Assembly (NCBI RefSeq): GCF_001194135.2
Contig: NC_068983.1
Span: forward strand, 150,908,351 to 150,944,668
DNA: 36,318 nt
Direction: 5' to 3'
DNA from: Octopus bimaculoides
Lineage: Eukaryota
In this document: in pieces, positions 23,351 to 34,409 of the stretch
How the letters are laid out: the number at the start of each line of letters is the position of its first letter
Position numbering within the stretch: the first letter of the stretch is position 1
Notes under the pieces: generated by a model
What the model saw: the letters and a program-made list of their open reading frames with translations, nothing else
Told to the model about the DNA's origin: nothing
Database searches by the model: none
Program-made: the position numbers and the translations under genes

Positions 23351-24627
23351 TGACTCTTACTGCATCGCGGTAGTTCATCAACTTCTGGTCGTTTCAGCCC
23401 GCACAGTTACTCCAATGTGCTATTCGCCGGGTGTTCGAGGCGACAGGTGCGTTCACTGCGAAAAAAATTAGTGATCAGAACTAAAGAATGAATCTTTCCA
23501 AAATACATGGAAGATCCAATCGATTAAATCGATCATACGTCTCCTTCTCCGAATCTCCATTCTTGCACTCTTGTCAGAAATCTTAATATTACCATAAGGA
23601 GGAGAGGACAGAATCGATAGAACATTGAACTAAATTCCTTGCGTGATTCTGTACAATATTAATAAAAGTTAAGCATAGAAAAATGTGAGGTTTCGACATT
23701 TCTCAACCATACTGTACACAAGAGGAGAGGAAGATAATATATTTGGTCATTTTCTGTTACGAGTTCAAATCCCACCGAAGTCGAATTTTTCTTTCATTCT
23801 TCCAGGTTTGATAAAAGTCGCCTACGTTTAATATTAGTGACCGATATAATCGATTGTAACCCTGCTCGAAAGATATGCATTCTTGAGTCTGTTTAAATTT
23901 AATCTTGGTAAAAGGACGGGGACAAATCCATTAAGTGCGTCGAACAAAATGATTTGCAGTACAGTTGTTATAGAACCTAAAGTGCGAATTCCAAAGTTAG
24001 CCGGGGGTTTATTTAGTTTGCAACTGTTTGGTATATATGTAAAATATATAGAACCATCATTGTGGATTAGAACACGGAATACTGAATCCTCGGTTGGATG
24101 CATCGTACGACAATATCACGATGATATAGTATTTAGATTTGTTTCTAGAGGAAGAGAATTGGATACTTTGCTAGGTTCCAAGCAGACTGTATGAATCAAC
24201 AGGTAAATAACTGATAAATAGCATTTTAATGAATTCCTTTGACTTTTGGTGCCTCAAACAATCACATTTTCTGCAATTCTTCAACACTCTAACACTATTT
24301 CTAATCTGTGAGGTGTTATTGGGAAGAAAGGTTGCGACCTCGATCTTTGCTTCCGATTAAACTCTTAATTGAATACTTAATTGATCTGTAATGTCTGTCT
24401 TTTAATCAACATGATGATATCGGACTTGCCAAGAACTTTAATTGAACGCCATATCCAAATTATCTTAACAGTTAAATTCATTAAGGAATTAATTGATAAA
24501 TTAGTTTGATTGCCTCGGCGTAATGCTTCTGCCATTATTGTTGCTGTTGTTCATGTTACTGCTGTTGATATCCTTGCTGCCATTGTTGATGCTGCCATTG
24601 TTGTTGTTATCATTATTACTATTATAA

Positions 24628-24838
24628 GGCGGCGAGCTGGAAGAAGCTAGTACGTCAGGGAAAATGCCATGCAACTCTTTATGTTCTGAATTCAAATACC
24701 GCCGTGATTCTAAATTCAAATACTTCTCCTTTCATCCTTTCGGGGTCGATAAAATAAGTCCCATTTGAGCACAAGAAATCGACTACTCTCCTCCCACAAA
24801 GTTTCAGGCTTTGCGCCTATACTAGAAAGGATTATTAT
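24628..24838 (+). mobile_element. SINE family A copy
   Basis: GGCGGCGAGCTGGAAGAAGCTAG...TTCTGAATTCAAAT...CCTTTCATCCTTTCGGGGTCGATAAAATAAG...CTAGAAAGGATTATT. Confidence 0.8.
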
Positions 24839-25543
24839 TATTATTATTGTTCAGTAGTTTTATTTTTATAACGTGCTTTCACTTCACTACCGACAGCAGC
24901 TCTGTGTGCCTTGGGTATGTGCTGTGGTTTGCTGTGATGCTCTTATGGTTACTGTATTGAAATTATTATTATTAANNNNNNNNNNNNNNNNNNNNNNNNN
25001 NNNNNNNNNNNNNNNNNNNNNNNNNNNNNNNNNNNNNNNNNNNNNNNNNNNNNNNNNNNNNNNNNNNNNNNNNNNNNNNNNNNNNNNNNNNNNNNNNNNN
25101 NNNNNNNNNNNNNNNNNNNNNNNNNNNNNNNNNNNNNNNNNNNNNNNNNNNNNNNNNNNNNNNNNNNNNNNNNNNNNNNNNNNNNNNNNNNNNNNNNNNN
25201 NNNNNNNNNNNNNNNNNNNNNNNNNNNNNNNNNNNNNNNNNNNNNNNNNNNNNNNNNNNNNNNNNNNNNNNNNNNNNNNNNNNNNNNNNNNNNNNNNNNN
25301 NNNNNNNNNNNNNNNNNNNNNNNNNNNNNNNNNNNNNNNNNNNNNNNNNNNNNNNNNNNNNNNNNNNNNNNNNNNNNNNNNNNNNNNNNNNNNNNNNNNN
25401 NNNNNNNNNNNNNNNNNNNNNNNNNNNNNNNNNNNNNNNNNNNNNNNNNNNNNNNNNNNNNNNNNNNNNNNNNNNNNNNNNNNNNNNNNNNNNNNNNNNN
25501 NNNNNNNNNNNNNNNNNNNNNNNNNNNNNNNNNNNNNNNNNNN

Positions 25544-25612
<69 letters not shown>

Positions 25613-25733
25613 TAGTTTTATTTTTATAACGTGCTTTCACTTCACTACCGACAGCAGCTCTGTGTGCCTTGGGTATGTGCTGTGGTTTGCTGTGATGCTC
25701 TTATGGTTACTGTATTGAAATTATTATTATTAA

Positions 25734-26030
25734 TGCGGTGAGTTGGCACAACCATTAGCAAGGCGGGCAAAATGCTTAGCAGTATTTCGCCATTCGCTAC
25801 GTTCTGAGTTCAAATTCCGCCGAGGCCGACTTTGCCTTTCAAAGGACGGGGACAAATCCATTAAGTGCGTCGAACAAAATGATTTGTGGTACAGTTGTTA
25901 TAGGACCTTTAGTGCGGATTTCAAAGTTAGCCGGGGTCTATATAGTTTGCAACTGTTTGGTATATACTGAAGACTCCTTTCAGAGTCGATAAATTAAGTA
26001 CGAGGCCTGCAATTTGTTGTCGGGGATGGG
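25734..26030 (+). mobile_element. SINE family A copy interrupted by a 126-bp insertion
   Basis: The head and body run to GACTTTGCCTTTC (25840). The SINE resumes at CCTTTCAGAGTCGATAAATTAAGTAC (about 25976). Confidence 0.75.
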
Positions 26031-26199
26031 GACAGAAGACGATTCTTCAAATTCAGTTCTTCAGTGGTACTTTGTTTTATCGACTTTGGAAGGAGTAATG
26101 GAATAGTTAACCTTGATGGAATTTGAACTCGGAATGTAAAAGATAAATCAAGAACTTTAAAACGACGACAATGAAGATGAAAATTAAAACGATAATATG

Positions 26200-27500
26200 A
26201 CGATGATAATGAGGATGAGGAGGGCGAGGAGGATTGGTAGGAGGTGAAGGAGGATATGGGTAATGATGTGATAATGATGATGATTGCAGTAGTTAATGTG
26301 GTGGTAGTGGTGGTGGTGGTGGCGGAGGTTTTGCTGAAGGTTTCTTTTGACTCGACATAATAATGGTGTTGATGGCCGATGAATATGATATAACTGCTGC
26401 TGCTGCTGCCGCTGATGATGATGATGGTGCGATGATGGCGGTGGTGATAATGATGATTATGTCGATGAATAATTATGACTACAACAGCACCACCACCGAC
26501 AACAACAACAAAAGAAGAACATGTGCAGCAATGAGAACAAGAAACAAGAAACAATGACAAAAAACAAAAGCAAGAATAATAACAAAAGTAGATACCCTTC
26601 CCTCTCCCTTCAGATTTTTCCCTTCTCTGCAACCATTTCTGTCCCGCCATCATCTCCCACCACCAAAAAACAAAAAACAAAAAACGACCGACAAAACCTC
26701 ACAAAAACAAAACCTAAACAGAAATTAAATGGAATTATCACGGTATAACAACTTCACAATAAGTCAAACAATAAATAGATGACAAAACAATAACATAAAG
26801 CAAATATCGAACTGAAATGAAACCAAACAAGCCTTCACTTCATATAACCACCACCAGCACTATGTCACCACCGCCATCAACACCACTACCACCACCGCCA
26901 CCACCACCACCACAATCATCATCATCTCCCGCTACCAACAACAACACCACCATCACAACAACCACCATCACCACAATCTCCACTAGTGCCATGACTACTA
27001 CCACCTAGATTGCCACCACAGCAGCTACAACCACCACCACCACCACCCCACAGCAACAACCACCCCCATCACCACAATCTCCACTAGTGCCATCACTACT
27101 ACCACCTAGATTGCCACCACAACAGCTACTACCACCACCACCACCACCACCACCGCCATCACCGCTACTACCGCCACCACCACCACCACCACCACCACTN
27201 NNNNNNNNNNNNNNNNNNNNNNNNNNNNNNNNNNNNNNNNNNNNNNNNNNNNNNNNNNNNNNNNNNNNNNNNNNNNNNNNNNNNNNNNNNNNNNNNNNNN
27301 NNNNNNNNNNNCTCCACAGTTAGTGAATACAGGTATTTAGTGATTCGTCTTAATCAAGAAAGCTTGAAAGCATGAGATTCCGTGAAACAAAGACAACCGC
27401 AACACCACCACCACCACCACCACCACCACCACCAACGGCAACAGCAACAACAGAAGCAACAATAACAGCGTAACTAACAACAGCAGCAACAACAAATCCC
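26200..27500. repeat. Degenerate (GAT/GGT)n and (CAC/CAA)n trinucleotide fields, with an internal 64-bp duplication (26965-27028 / 27066-27129)
   Basis: Direct reading; explains the poly-P/T/H ORFs. Confidence 0.8.
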
Positions 27501-28342
27501 ATTAAATTTGTTTTTCTTTTCTAATCTTCATTTTTCTCTAAGACAGAGATGAATTACTAAGGCTAATGGTGGTGAAGGTGTTTGCAGTGGTGGAGGTGGT
27601 GGTGGTGTTAAGGATGGAGGTGGTAGTGATGGTTAGGATATTGGGATGATTCTATGGCGACGATTAGTTAGAAAAAAGGGGAAATAAAGGAGGACGGGAG
27701 ATTGGGTGTTGGTCGGCGATGGTCATTTATTCAACAGATGATGGATATGCGTTTGCGAGAGAGTGTGACAGTACGTGTGCCTGTGACTGCGCGCGTGTGT
27801 ATATGTATCTGTGTTTGTGTGTATGCATGTGTGTATGCATGTGTGTATGCATGTGTGTATGCATATGTGTACGTATACACAAACACACACACACACACGC
27901 ATATACACACACATATACACATACATATGCCTTGTTTATATTGAACAACAAGGGAAGACTTAGTACTCAATATATGGTTGGGGTATAAAGATATATTATT
28001 CAGTTGAAGTCTTCTGTCGTTATCTTAAAATATGCAAAATGGCATCACTACCTCACTGTTTCATTGGGAGACATAGACCACGTGAGGTACACTTAGAAGT
28101 TGGTCAAACTGAAAATGAATAGATTTTTCTTCAGGGAAATCATCTTCAGTTGGTTTGATTTTTAAATTTTAGCCCGTTTATTCGTGTCAGGTTACTTAAT
28201 AGCCTCACTTAGTTTTAGATTTTAAACACCCTTAGGGGAAGCTTTTGTTAACGAACTACTTTGATAATTATAGTTGATCAAAGTTTTTAATCGCCACTTA
28301 TATTACATGGGCGAGACCCTACTGGAATTGATATATTGTATA

Positions 28343-29400
28343 CCAGCTTAAAAGCTGCATTCCGTGCGGGATTTTAATTTAGTTCCCGCAGAGGGCTAAT
28401 TGGGCATGCGGCCCCAAACTAAAGAGAGCAATAATAATAAAGTATGTTTATATACAAGTAGCCTAAAAGCAGACTTTTGCGCTAGCTCCTGTGGAGACCT
28501 AATTGGGCCTGCGGCCCAAAACTAACTGAGCAATAATAATAGACCGTTTATTGGTTCCCTACCATCTCAGTGATACAAAATTCTTCAAATGTGATATAAA
28601 ACTGTAACATTTGGATTTCACTGTAAAGCAGCAGTATAACAACATTCTTGGTTTTACCATTTGGTGTGGGTGTGAAGAGATTGTTGCCATTTCCAACTCT
28701 GGAACAACCAACATAGAGTAGACCATGGGAAAACCACTGCTGCATGAGATGAAGTCCAACAATTTTCCCTGATTGCCCTTGATCCTTGTTTAATGACATT
28801 GCAAAGCTAATTCTTACTGGAAATTGAAGTCTCTTGAATTCAAAGGGCATGTCTGCTGGAATCAGTAGAATTCTCGAAATAAATACATTTTCTTCCTTTC
28901 CTTATCCAGTGAGGATTGTTGCTCCAAAAGATGTGGATGCATATGCCTGACAATCAGTCCATTGCACAACTGTAGAGGATCCAAATTTCTCAAAAGCATG
29001 ATTGGAATTCCTTTCTTCAATGTCAGCTTGTGAGAAGGCATCCCCGAAGGATCCAAAGAGTTAAGAAACTCAGTAGGATAATTCACAGCCTCATTGAAGT
29101 TCACAACAGTATCAATTGAGAAATAATTTGTTTCCTCAGTACTGATTGATTGCATAAGTTTCCAATTGACAACCTGGACAATTTCATCCTTTAGTGTAAG
29201 TATGGCTCTTTCACAAAGTCAATCATGATCTTGAAAATTATGTCCAATGTTTTGGGGTGAACCTTGAGTGAAACTCTTCTACAAGTTTGACCAAAATGCC
29301 ACAGCCATTAGGAAAAGTGATGTCACCATTACTATCATGCTGAATGCTTCCATTTCCCAGATCAAGTAGCTGAGCTGAAAATCTCCCAACATCCAAATTT
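28343..29400 (-). mobile_element. Decayed Helitron: Pif1-like helicase C-terminal region plus a duplicated 3' terminus
   Basis: Minus translation: FSAQLLDLGNG, D*LCERAIL, YPTEFLNSLDPSGMPSHKLTLKKGIPIMLLRNLDP..LCNG, PFEFKRLQFPVRISFAMSLNKDQGQS, FSHGLLYVGCSRV. These are hallmark Helitron helicase motifs, with stops and frameshifts. Confidence 0.9.
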
Positions 29401-29413
29401 CGTAACTGACTCC

Positions 29414-29512
29414 GCCGAAAGTCCGAACCGGCCGGAAGTTCAATCAGGCCGAAAGTCCAATCTAGCCGAAAGTCCGATTTGGCTGAAAGTATGATTTGGG
29501 CCGAAAGTTCGA
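29414..29512 (+). repeat. Six-unit, about 17-bp minisatellite of GCCGAAAGT(C/T)C cores
   Basis: Cores at 29414, 29431, 29448, 29465, 29482 and 29500. Confidence 0.8.
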
Positions 29513-30528
29513 GTTCTTCAATATTTCCTTCCGAGCACTTCAATTTACAAACTCCGCGGAACTTCGAAACCTCACGAATACGAAACTTCTCACTCTAACT
29601 TGGATCTAGTTTTAAATTAACTGAATTGAAAATATTTAAAAAATTCTTTTGGTATTACTTTAAATTCGGTTTAAATAGAAAAACTTCTAAGTTCACAAAA
29701 TTTTTGGAGTTCTTTTAAAATCTGAATTTTCAACTGTTAGCATATAACAAACTCTCATACAGACCTGGACGTTCAAGAACGAAATGAAGGGCAGATTTTC
29801 AGTCCTGGAATCATCCTGATTCCAAAAAGGTATAATATGTCTAAGTAGAGCAAATGTAGATTGAGATAAAAGAGTCCCGGATAGAAGGACGGACAGAATT
29901 TCGCGTTTATTGTGGTATATATATACTTTATGTATGTATATGCATACATAAGCATAAGTATACACACATGCAGATACACGCGCGCGCGCACACACACGCA
30001 TACATATATACATACACATGCGCGCACACGCAGGTACTAACATGTTGAACAACCACAGAATTCTTCCATCTTGTTGCTTACATAAATCTGAATTAATTGT
30101 GCTTTTATGCATTTCTGAGCGACATTTCTCATTCAATCTTGGATCCACAACTGTCCAGTGGTATCAAGCAAACCTGAGATTTCTAATTAATTCTGATTGT
30201 TGCGACACTACTATTTAGTTTCGCTAGAAAGAAAAACCAAAAATTCTCAATAGGATTTCAACTCAGAATACGGAGCGCTGGAAGAAACATCACAATACAT
30301 GTAGTTCGACGCTATGACAATGCTGGCAAATCTTAATATAAATTCGAGTGATGTTTCTCTGTCCGTTACGTTTTTATCTTCGTTAACTCCTCCTAGACTG
30401 TTGATGCAAGGACAACAAAACTAAAACCAGCAACTCCCCTAATCCCAAGAAATGTCTTAAGGGGGACTATTTTTTAAGAGCCGCATAATTGGGGCGCCAC
30501 TGATTCCTTTATTTTTACTGCATTTACT

Positions 30529-30990
30529 GGATCTTTTTTAAAACTGGGGCCACATTTTTCATTAATGTTTTACGTAGTGTTTTTGGTACGGAAAGACTTT
30601 CAAACTTCGTATACTTATCTATTTTGTGTTATAGAACAGAAAAATATTTTTGTATTCGAATTTATTTCATGTAAAAAATTGTCTTATTTCGATAATTTCA
30701 ACCAATCACTGACGTCCATTCAGTCGATATACATTAAGTGCCGACTACATAAACAAACGATTCTTCGTTTTATTTGCTTTTTTCATTTTAAATTTGCTTT
30801 AACCCTAACCCTAACCCTAGGGTTAGGGTTAGGGTTAGGGTTAGGATTAANNNNNNNNNNATTTATGGATTTCTTTTTTTTTAAAGAAGACTAAGAGAAA
30901 AAGATGTTTTATATGACACATTCTACCAGTGTTCCAAGTTTCAAAGTGTTTCGTTAATGAAAAATGTGGCCCCCGTTTTAAAAAAGATCC
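30529..30990. mobile_element. MITE with 39-bp TIRs and 8-bp TSD (Merlin-like by its GG termini)
   Basis: TIRs at 30529-30567 and 30952-30990 match at 37/39. An exact CATTTACT direct repeat lies at 30521-30528 and 30991-30998. Confidence 0.85.
30800..30850. repeat. Palindromic interstitial (TAACCC)n-(GGGTTA)n telomere-like repeat
   Basis: 38-bp perfect palindrome at 30800-30837, followed by further GGGTTA units and a 10-N gap. Confidence 0.9.
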
Positions 30991-31249
30991 CATTTACTTT
31001 GTTCCTACGCTTATTGATTAAACTATGATCAGCATCAGTGTTTAGCACATTTGCAGAAATAAATTTCATTACACAAGAGTAGAGGGTCGCGAAGCGGCCC
31101 GATAGTGTGACCGAAGGCCCCAAAGCTGCCCTCCGCAGGAGCTAACCTGAATGCCGCCCGAAGGGTGGCTTCAAGGCTAGTAATAAAAATATCTAATTTT
31201 CGCACACGGCTATCCAACGTCTTTATGAAATTTAAAAAGAATTCCTTTT

Positions 31250-31915
31250 ACAGTAGGTACAAGGCATGAGGGGTAAGGAGATAGTTGACTACATTGACTC
31301 AAGTACTCAGTTGGTTCTTTACTTTATCGGCTCTGAAAGAATGAGAGTCAAAGTCGAATTCAGCGGCTAACGATTCTGCTAGCTCGCCGCATTATGAAAT
31401 TAAATAGTAATAATTTCTACTGCAGGCGCAAGGCCTGAAATTTCTGGGGAGGGGGGTAAGTCGATCGCATCGACCCTAGTATATGATTAGTACTTAATTT
31501 ATCTGCCGCGAAAGGGTGAAATTTTTGACTTCAGTGCTCAGTTGGTATTTTATTTTATCGGCCCCGAATGAATGAGAGGCAAAGTCGACTTCGGCGGAAT
31601 TTGAACTGAGAATGTAAAGACAAGCAAAATACTAGTAAGCATTTTTCCCGATGTCCTATCGATTCTGCCAGTTCGCTGGCTTTGAAATAAAATAATAATG
31701 GCTTCTAATTGGAGTTCAAGGCTAGTGATTTTGAGGGAAGATGAGTTGGTCAAATTGTATCGACATCGAGACGTGACTGATACTTTATTTTATCGACCCC
31801 AGATATATGTAAGGCAGAGTTAACCTCTGCAGGGTATGAACTCAAAATGTAATGATCTGACACAAATGCTGCAAAGCATTTTCCTTAATACTATAACGAC
31901 TCTACTAATCCAGTA
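31250..31915 (-). mobile_element. Cluster of about four SINE family A copies or fragments, all in minus orientation
   Basis: Repeated TTTTATCG.CCCC...AAAGTCGAC, GGCGGAATTTGAACT and CGATTCTGC(C/T)AG.TCGC. Confidence 0.75.
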
Positions 31916-32133
31916 ATCCTATGAAACAAAATAATAACAATCATTTCTGTACATGTGTCCTGCTATATCCTCCATTTCACGGGTATGGAAACGATTAGAC
32001 AGTTTTGTTTTCGTAAGTTCAATTATTTTCTTTCTTAAGTTTAATCTCATCGATCGATCTCTCCATCCATCCATACATCCAAACATTCATTGGTCTGTCA
32101 GTCCGTCTGTCCGTTCATCCATTCACGTTTTTT

Positions 32134-32170
<37 letters not shown>

Positions 32171-32584
32171 TCTACCACCACCTTTACCATAACACACCTT
32201 TGTTTTCCTTCTTAATTAGATATTTACTTTTTCTCTCTCTACACCCATCTTTCTTTCCTTTCGTTTTCACTTTCTATTTTTCTTTCTTCAAACTAGCTTA
32301 TATCTTCTCCCTCTCTCAACTCTCATTCTCTTTCTTTTCTTTCTTCTCTCTTTTCGTTTCTATTTTCATTTCTCTATCTTCCTTTTCCCTTTTTCTCTCT
32401 TACAGCTTCGACATTTCTCCTCTCATTTCTTCCGTGTAGAACATGTTTACAGAACATACAAACCGTATCATGTATTCATGTGACTCTCCAGTGGGGGATA
32501 AAAAACAAACAAAATAAACAACTCGCGACACTTGTCTGCCAAAAAATAGTGCCAGAGAAACCAATCCAAATTACATGTACGTAC

Positions 32585-32674
32585 GTTCGTATGTATGTAT
32601 GTATGTATGTATGTATGTATGTATGTATGTATGTATGTATGTATATATGTATGTATGTATATGCATGTACGTAT

Positions 32675-32724
<50 letters not shown>

Positions 32725-32738
32725 TGTGTATGTGTGTA

Positions 32739-32771
<33 letters not shown>

Positions 32772-32774
32772 ATA
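32585..32774. repeat. (TATG)n/(TA)n/(TG)n microsatellite
   Basis: Direct reading. Confidence 0.9.
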
Positions 32775-33402
32775 TCATTATTCAGTTTTATTTCAAGATT
32801 TCTCGCCAATAGAGAAAGAGCTGGTTTCTAACCTAGATTCAAGGTTCCTTCATTAGAAATTCAACATCAACAATACGGTATTTTTGTATCTATATATGTA
32901 TGTATAGGCGCAGATTTATATGTTTTGTTTTATGTCTGTCTTCTCATGCACATACTTGCATATCTAGACATGCTCATATATATTTAAACGATAGACTTTT
33001 GGAAAGTTTTACAAATTTTTACGATTCCAGTGATGGCTTGGATTTGTAGTCATCGAATCAGCTTTTTCCTTTCTAGTTTTGAGAAGCCTAATTCCTCAAG
33101 ATTGGTGTTTAGCATGCTCCCCAATAGTTACAGGTATAAACCTGGACTTGTAATCTGGATAGAATAACTGCAGATTCCTCAATAGTTCAGCAAACGTATT
33201 CTCTTTGTCACTGATCTTCAGCTATATGTTAACATCCGCTGGACAGGTGGTTTTCATAACTCTACACAGATTCTCTTCTCAGTCCTAGATCATTATACCA
33301 ATTCTATTGTGTTTACATTTTATTGAGGTTTTCACTGGGACATTCCACCAGTACTCTTTTTTTTATTATGAGTGGCTATGGCTTCCACCATACTGTAGGT
33401 TT
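32775..33402 (-). mobile_element. 5'-truncated R4/Dong-like non-LTR retrotransposon: RLE domain plus 3' UTR
   Basis: Minus translation across frameshifts: EYWWNVPVKTSIKCKHNRIGIMI*D*EENLCRVMKTTCPADVNI*LKISDKENTFAELLRNLQLFYPDYKSRFIPVTIG. This matches the HNRPD..D..EISCP.D.N...K..EK...IPIIIG RLE pattern. Confidence 0.75.
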
Positions 33403-33413
33403 TGTATGTATGC

Positions 33414-33446
<33 letters not shown>

Positions 33447-33485
33447 TGTATGTATGTATGTATGTATTTATGTATGCATGTATGT
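33403..33485. repeat. (TATG)n microsatellite
   Basis: Direct reading. Confidence 0.9.
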
Positions 33486-33564
33486 TTTGTGATTAGATCC
33501 AGTTCTAGTTGTTTGATGTCTCGCAAACTTTTCATAAGTCTTTTCATAGATCCGAAGAAATTAG

Positions 33565-33778
33565 ATGGCGGCGAGCTGGTAGAAACGTTAGCACGCCAGG
33601 CGAAATTCTTGGCAGTATTTCGTCTCTTTGCATTCTGAGTTCAAATTCTGCCAAGGTCGACTTTGCCTTTCATCCTTTCGGAGTCGATAAATTAAGTACC
33701 AGTTGCGTACTGGGCTAGATCTATTCGACTGGCTCCCTCCCCCAAAATGTAGGGTCTTGTGCCTAGAGTAGAAAAGAT
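33565..33778 (+). mobile_element. SINE family A, best-preserved copy
   Basis: GGCGGCGAGCTGGTAGAAACGTTAGCACGCC...TTCTGAGTTCAAATTCTGCC.AGGTCGACTTTGCCTTTCATCCTTTCGGAGTCGATAAATTAAGTACCAG...GTGCCTAGAGTAGAAAAGA. Confidence 0.9.
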
Positions 33779-34139
33779 CCAAAACAATTAGGCTCAGATT
33801 GAATGCGTAATTCATATAATTGTTTTTTCTTAGTTCATAATCTCAACGTATATTGCAGGTATAGTCACGTTGAGGACGAAGTAGACTAACATGTTTAGCT
33901 ATGATAATCTCTGTCTTCCTCACTCTACCTATCTGCTTATATGCGATAATCACTGTATCCGACGAGGCTTTCTGACCATCAAATTTCATTGAGAAATATG
34001 ACAAATGCCAAAGATGATGTTTGTAAGGATGAAATCCGAAACCATGCGATTGTGAAGCATTCTTCCTTAACATACAACAATATATATACATACATACTCA
34101 GGCACAGTTACCCTCATAAAAACAAACAGGAATATATGT

Positions 34140-34377
34140 ATGTATAGTACTGTGTAAAACAACAACATACATGCATATATGTATAGAAATACATATATAT
34201 GTACATCTAAGTATATATATATATACACACACACAGTATATATACTAGTATATATCTATACATACATACAAACTTATATACATGTATACTAGTATGAACT
34301 AACTAACTCGCACACCAGTACAGACACTAATATGTATACAAATGTATGCGCATGTATCGTATATATATTTGCTTATA

Positions 34378-34409
<32 letters not shown>

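Larger units (their letters stand above)
30331..31180 (+). mobile_element. Non-autonomous Helitron (interrupted by a MITE)
   Basis: 5' A|TCTTAATATAAATTCGAG and 3' hairpin GCCGCCC-GAA-GGGTGGC (31153-31169) ending 7 nt before CTAG|T. Insertion between A and T, with no TSD. Confidence 0.7.

Noticed and set aside
24842-25732. About 130-bp sequence duplicated identically on both sides of gap 24976-25543
   Set aside because: It flanks an N gap within (TAT)n and is most likely an unmerged contig overlap.
22811-29512. Short periodic arrays considered as CRISPR-like
   Set aside because: Eukaryotic context, no unique spacers, and no cas genes; these are minisatellites.
30085-30155. Candidate 69-nt minus-strand exon (VDPRLNEKCRSEMHKSTINSDL) ending at a GTAAGC donor
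   Set aside because: Weak acceptor, no recognisable protein similarity, and no partner exons.
32570-32595. GAACGTACGTAC (minus), resembling the hammerhead 3' half
   Set aside because: It lacks one core A and any CTGANGA, and it is explicable as microsatellite decay.
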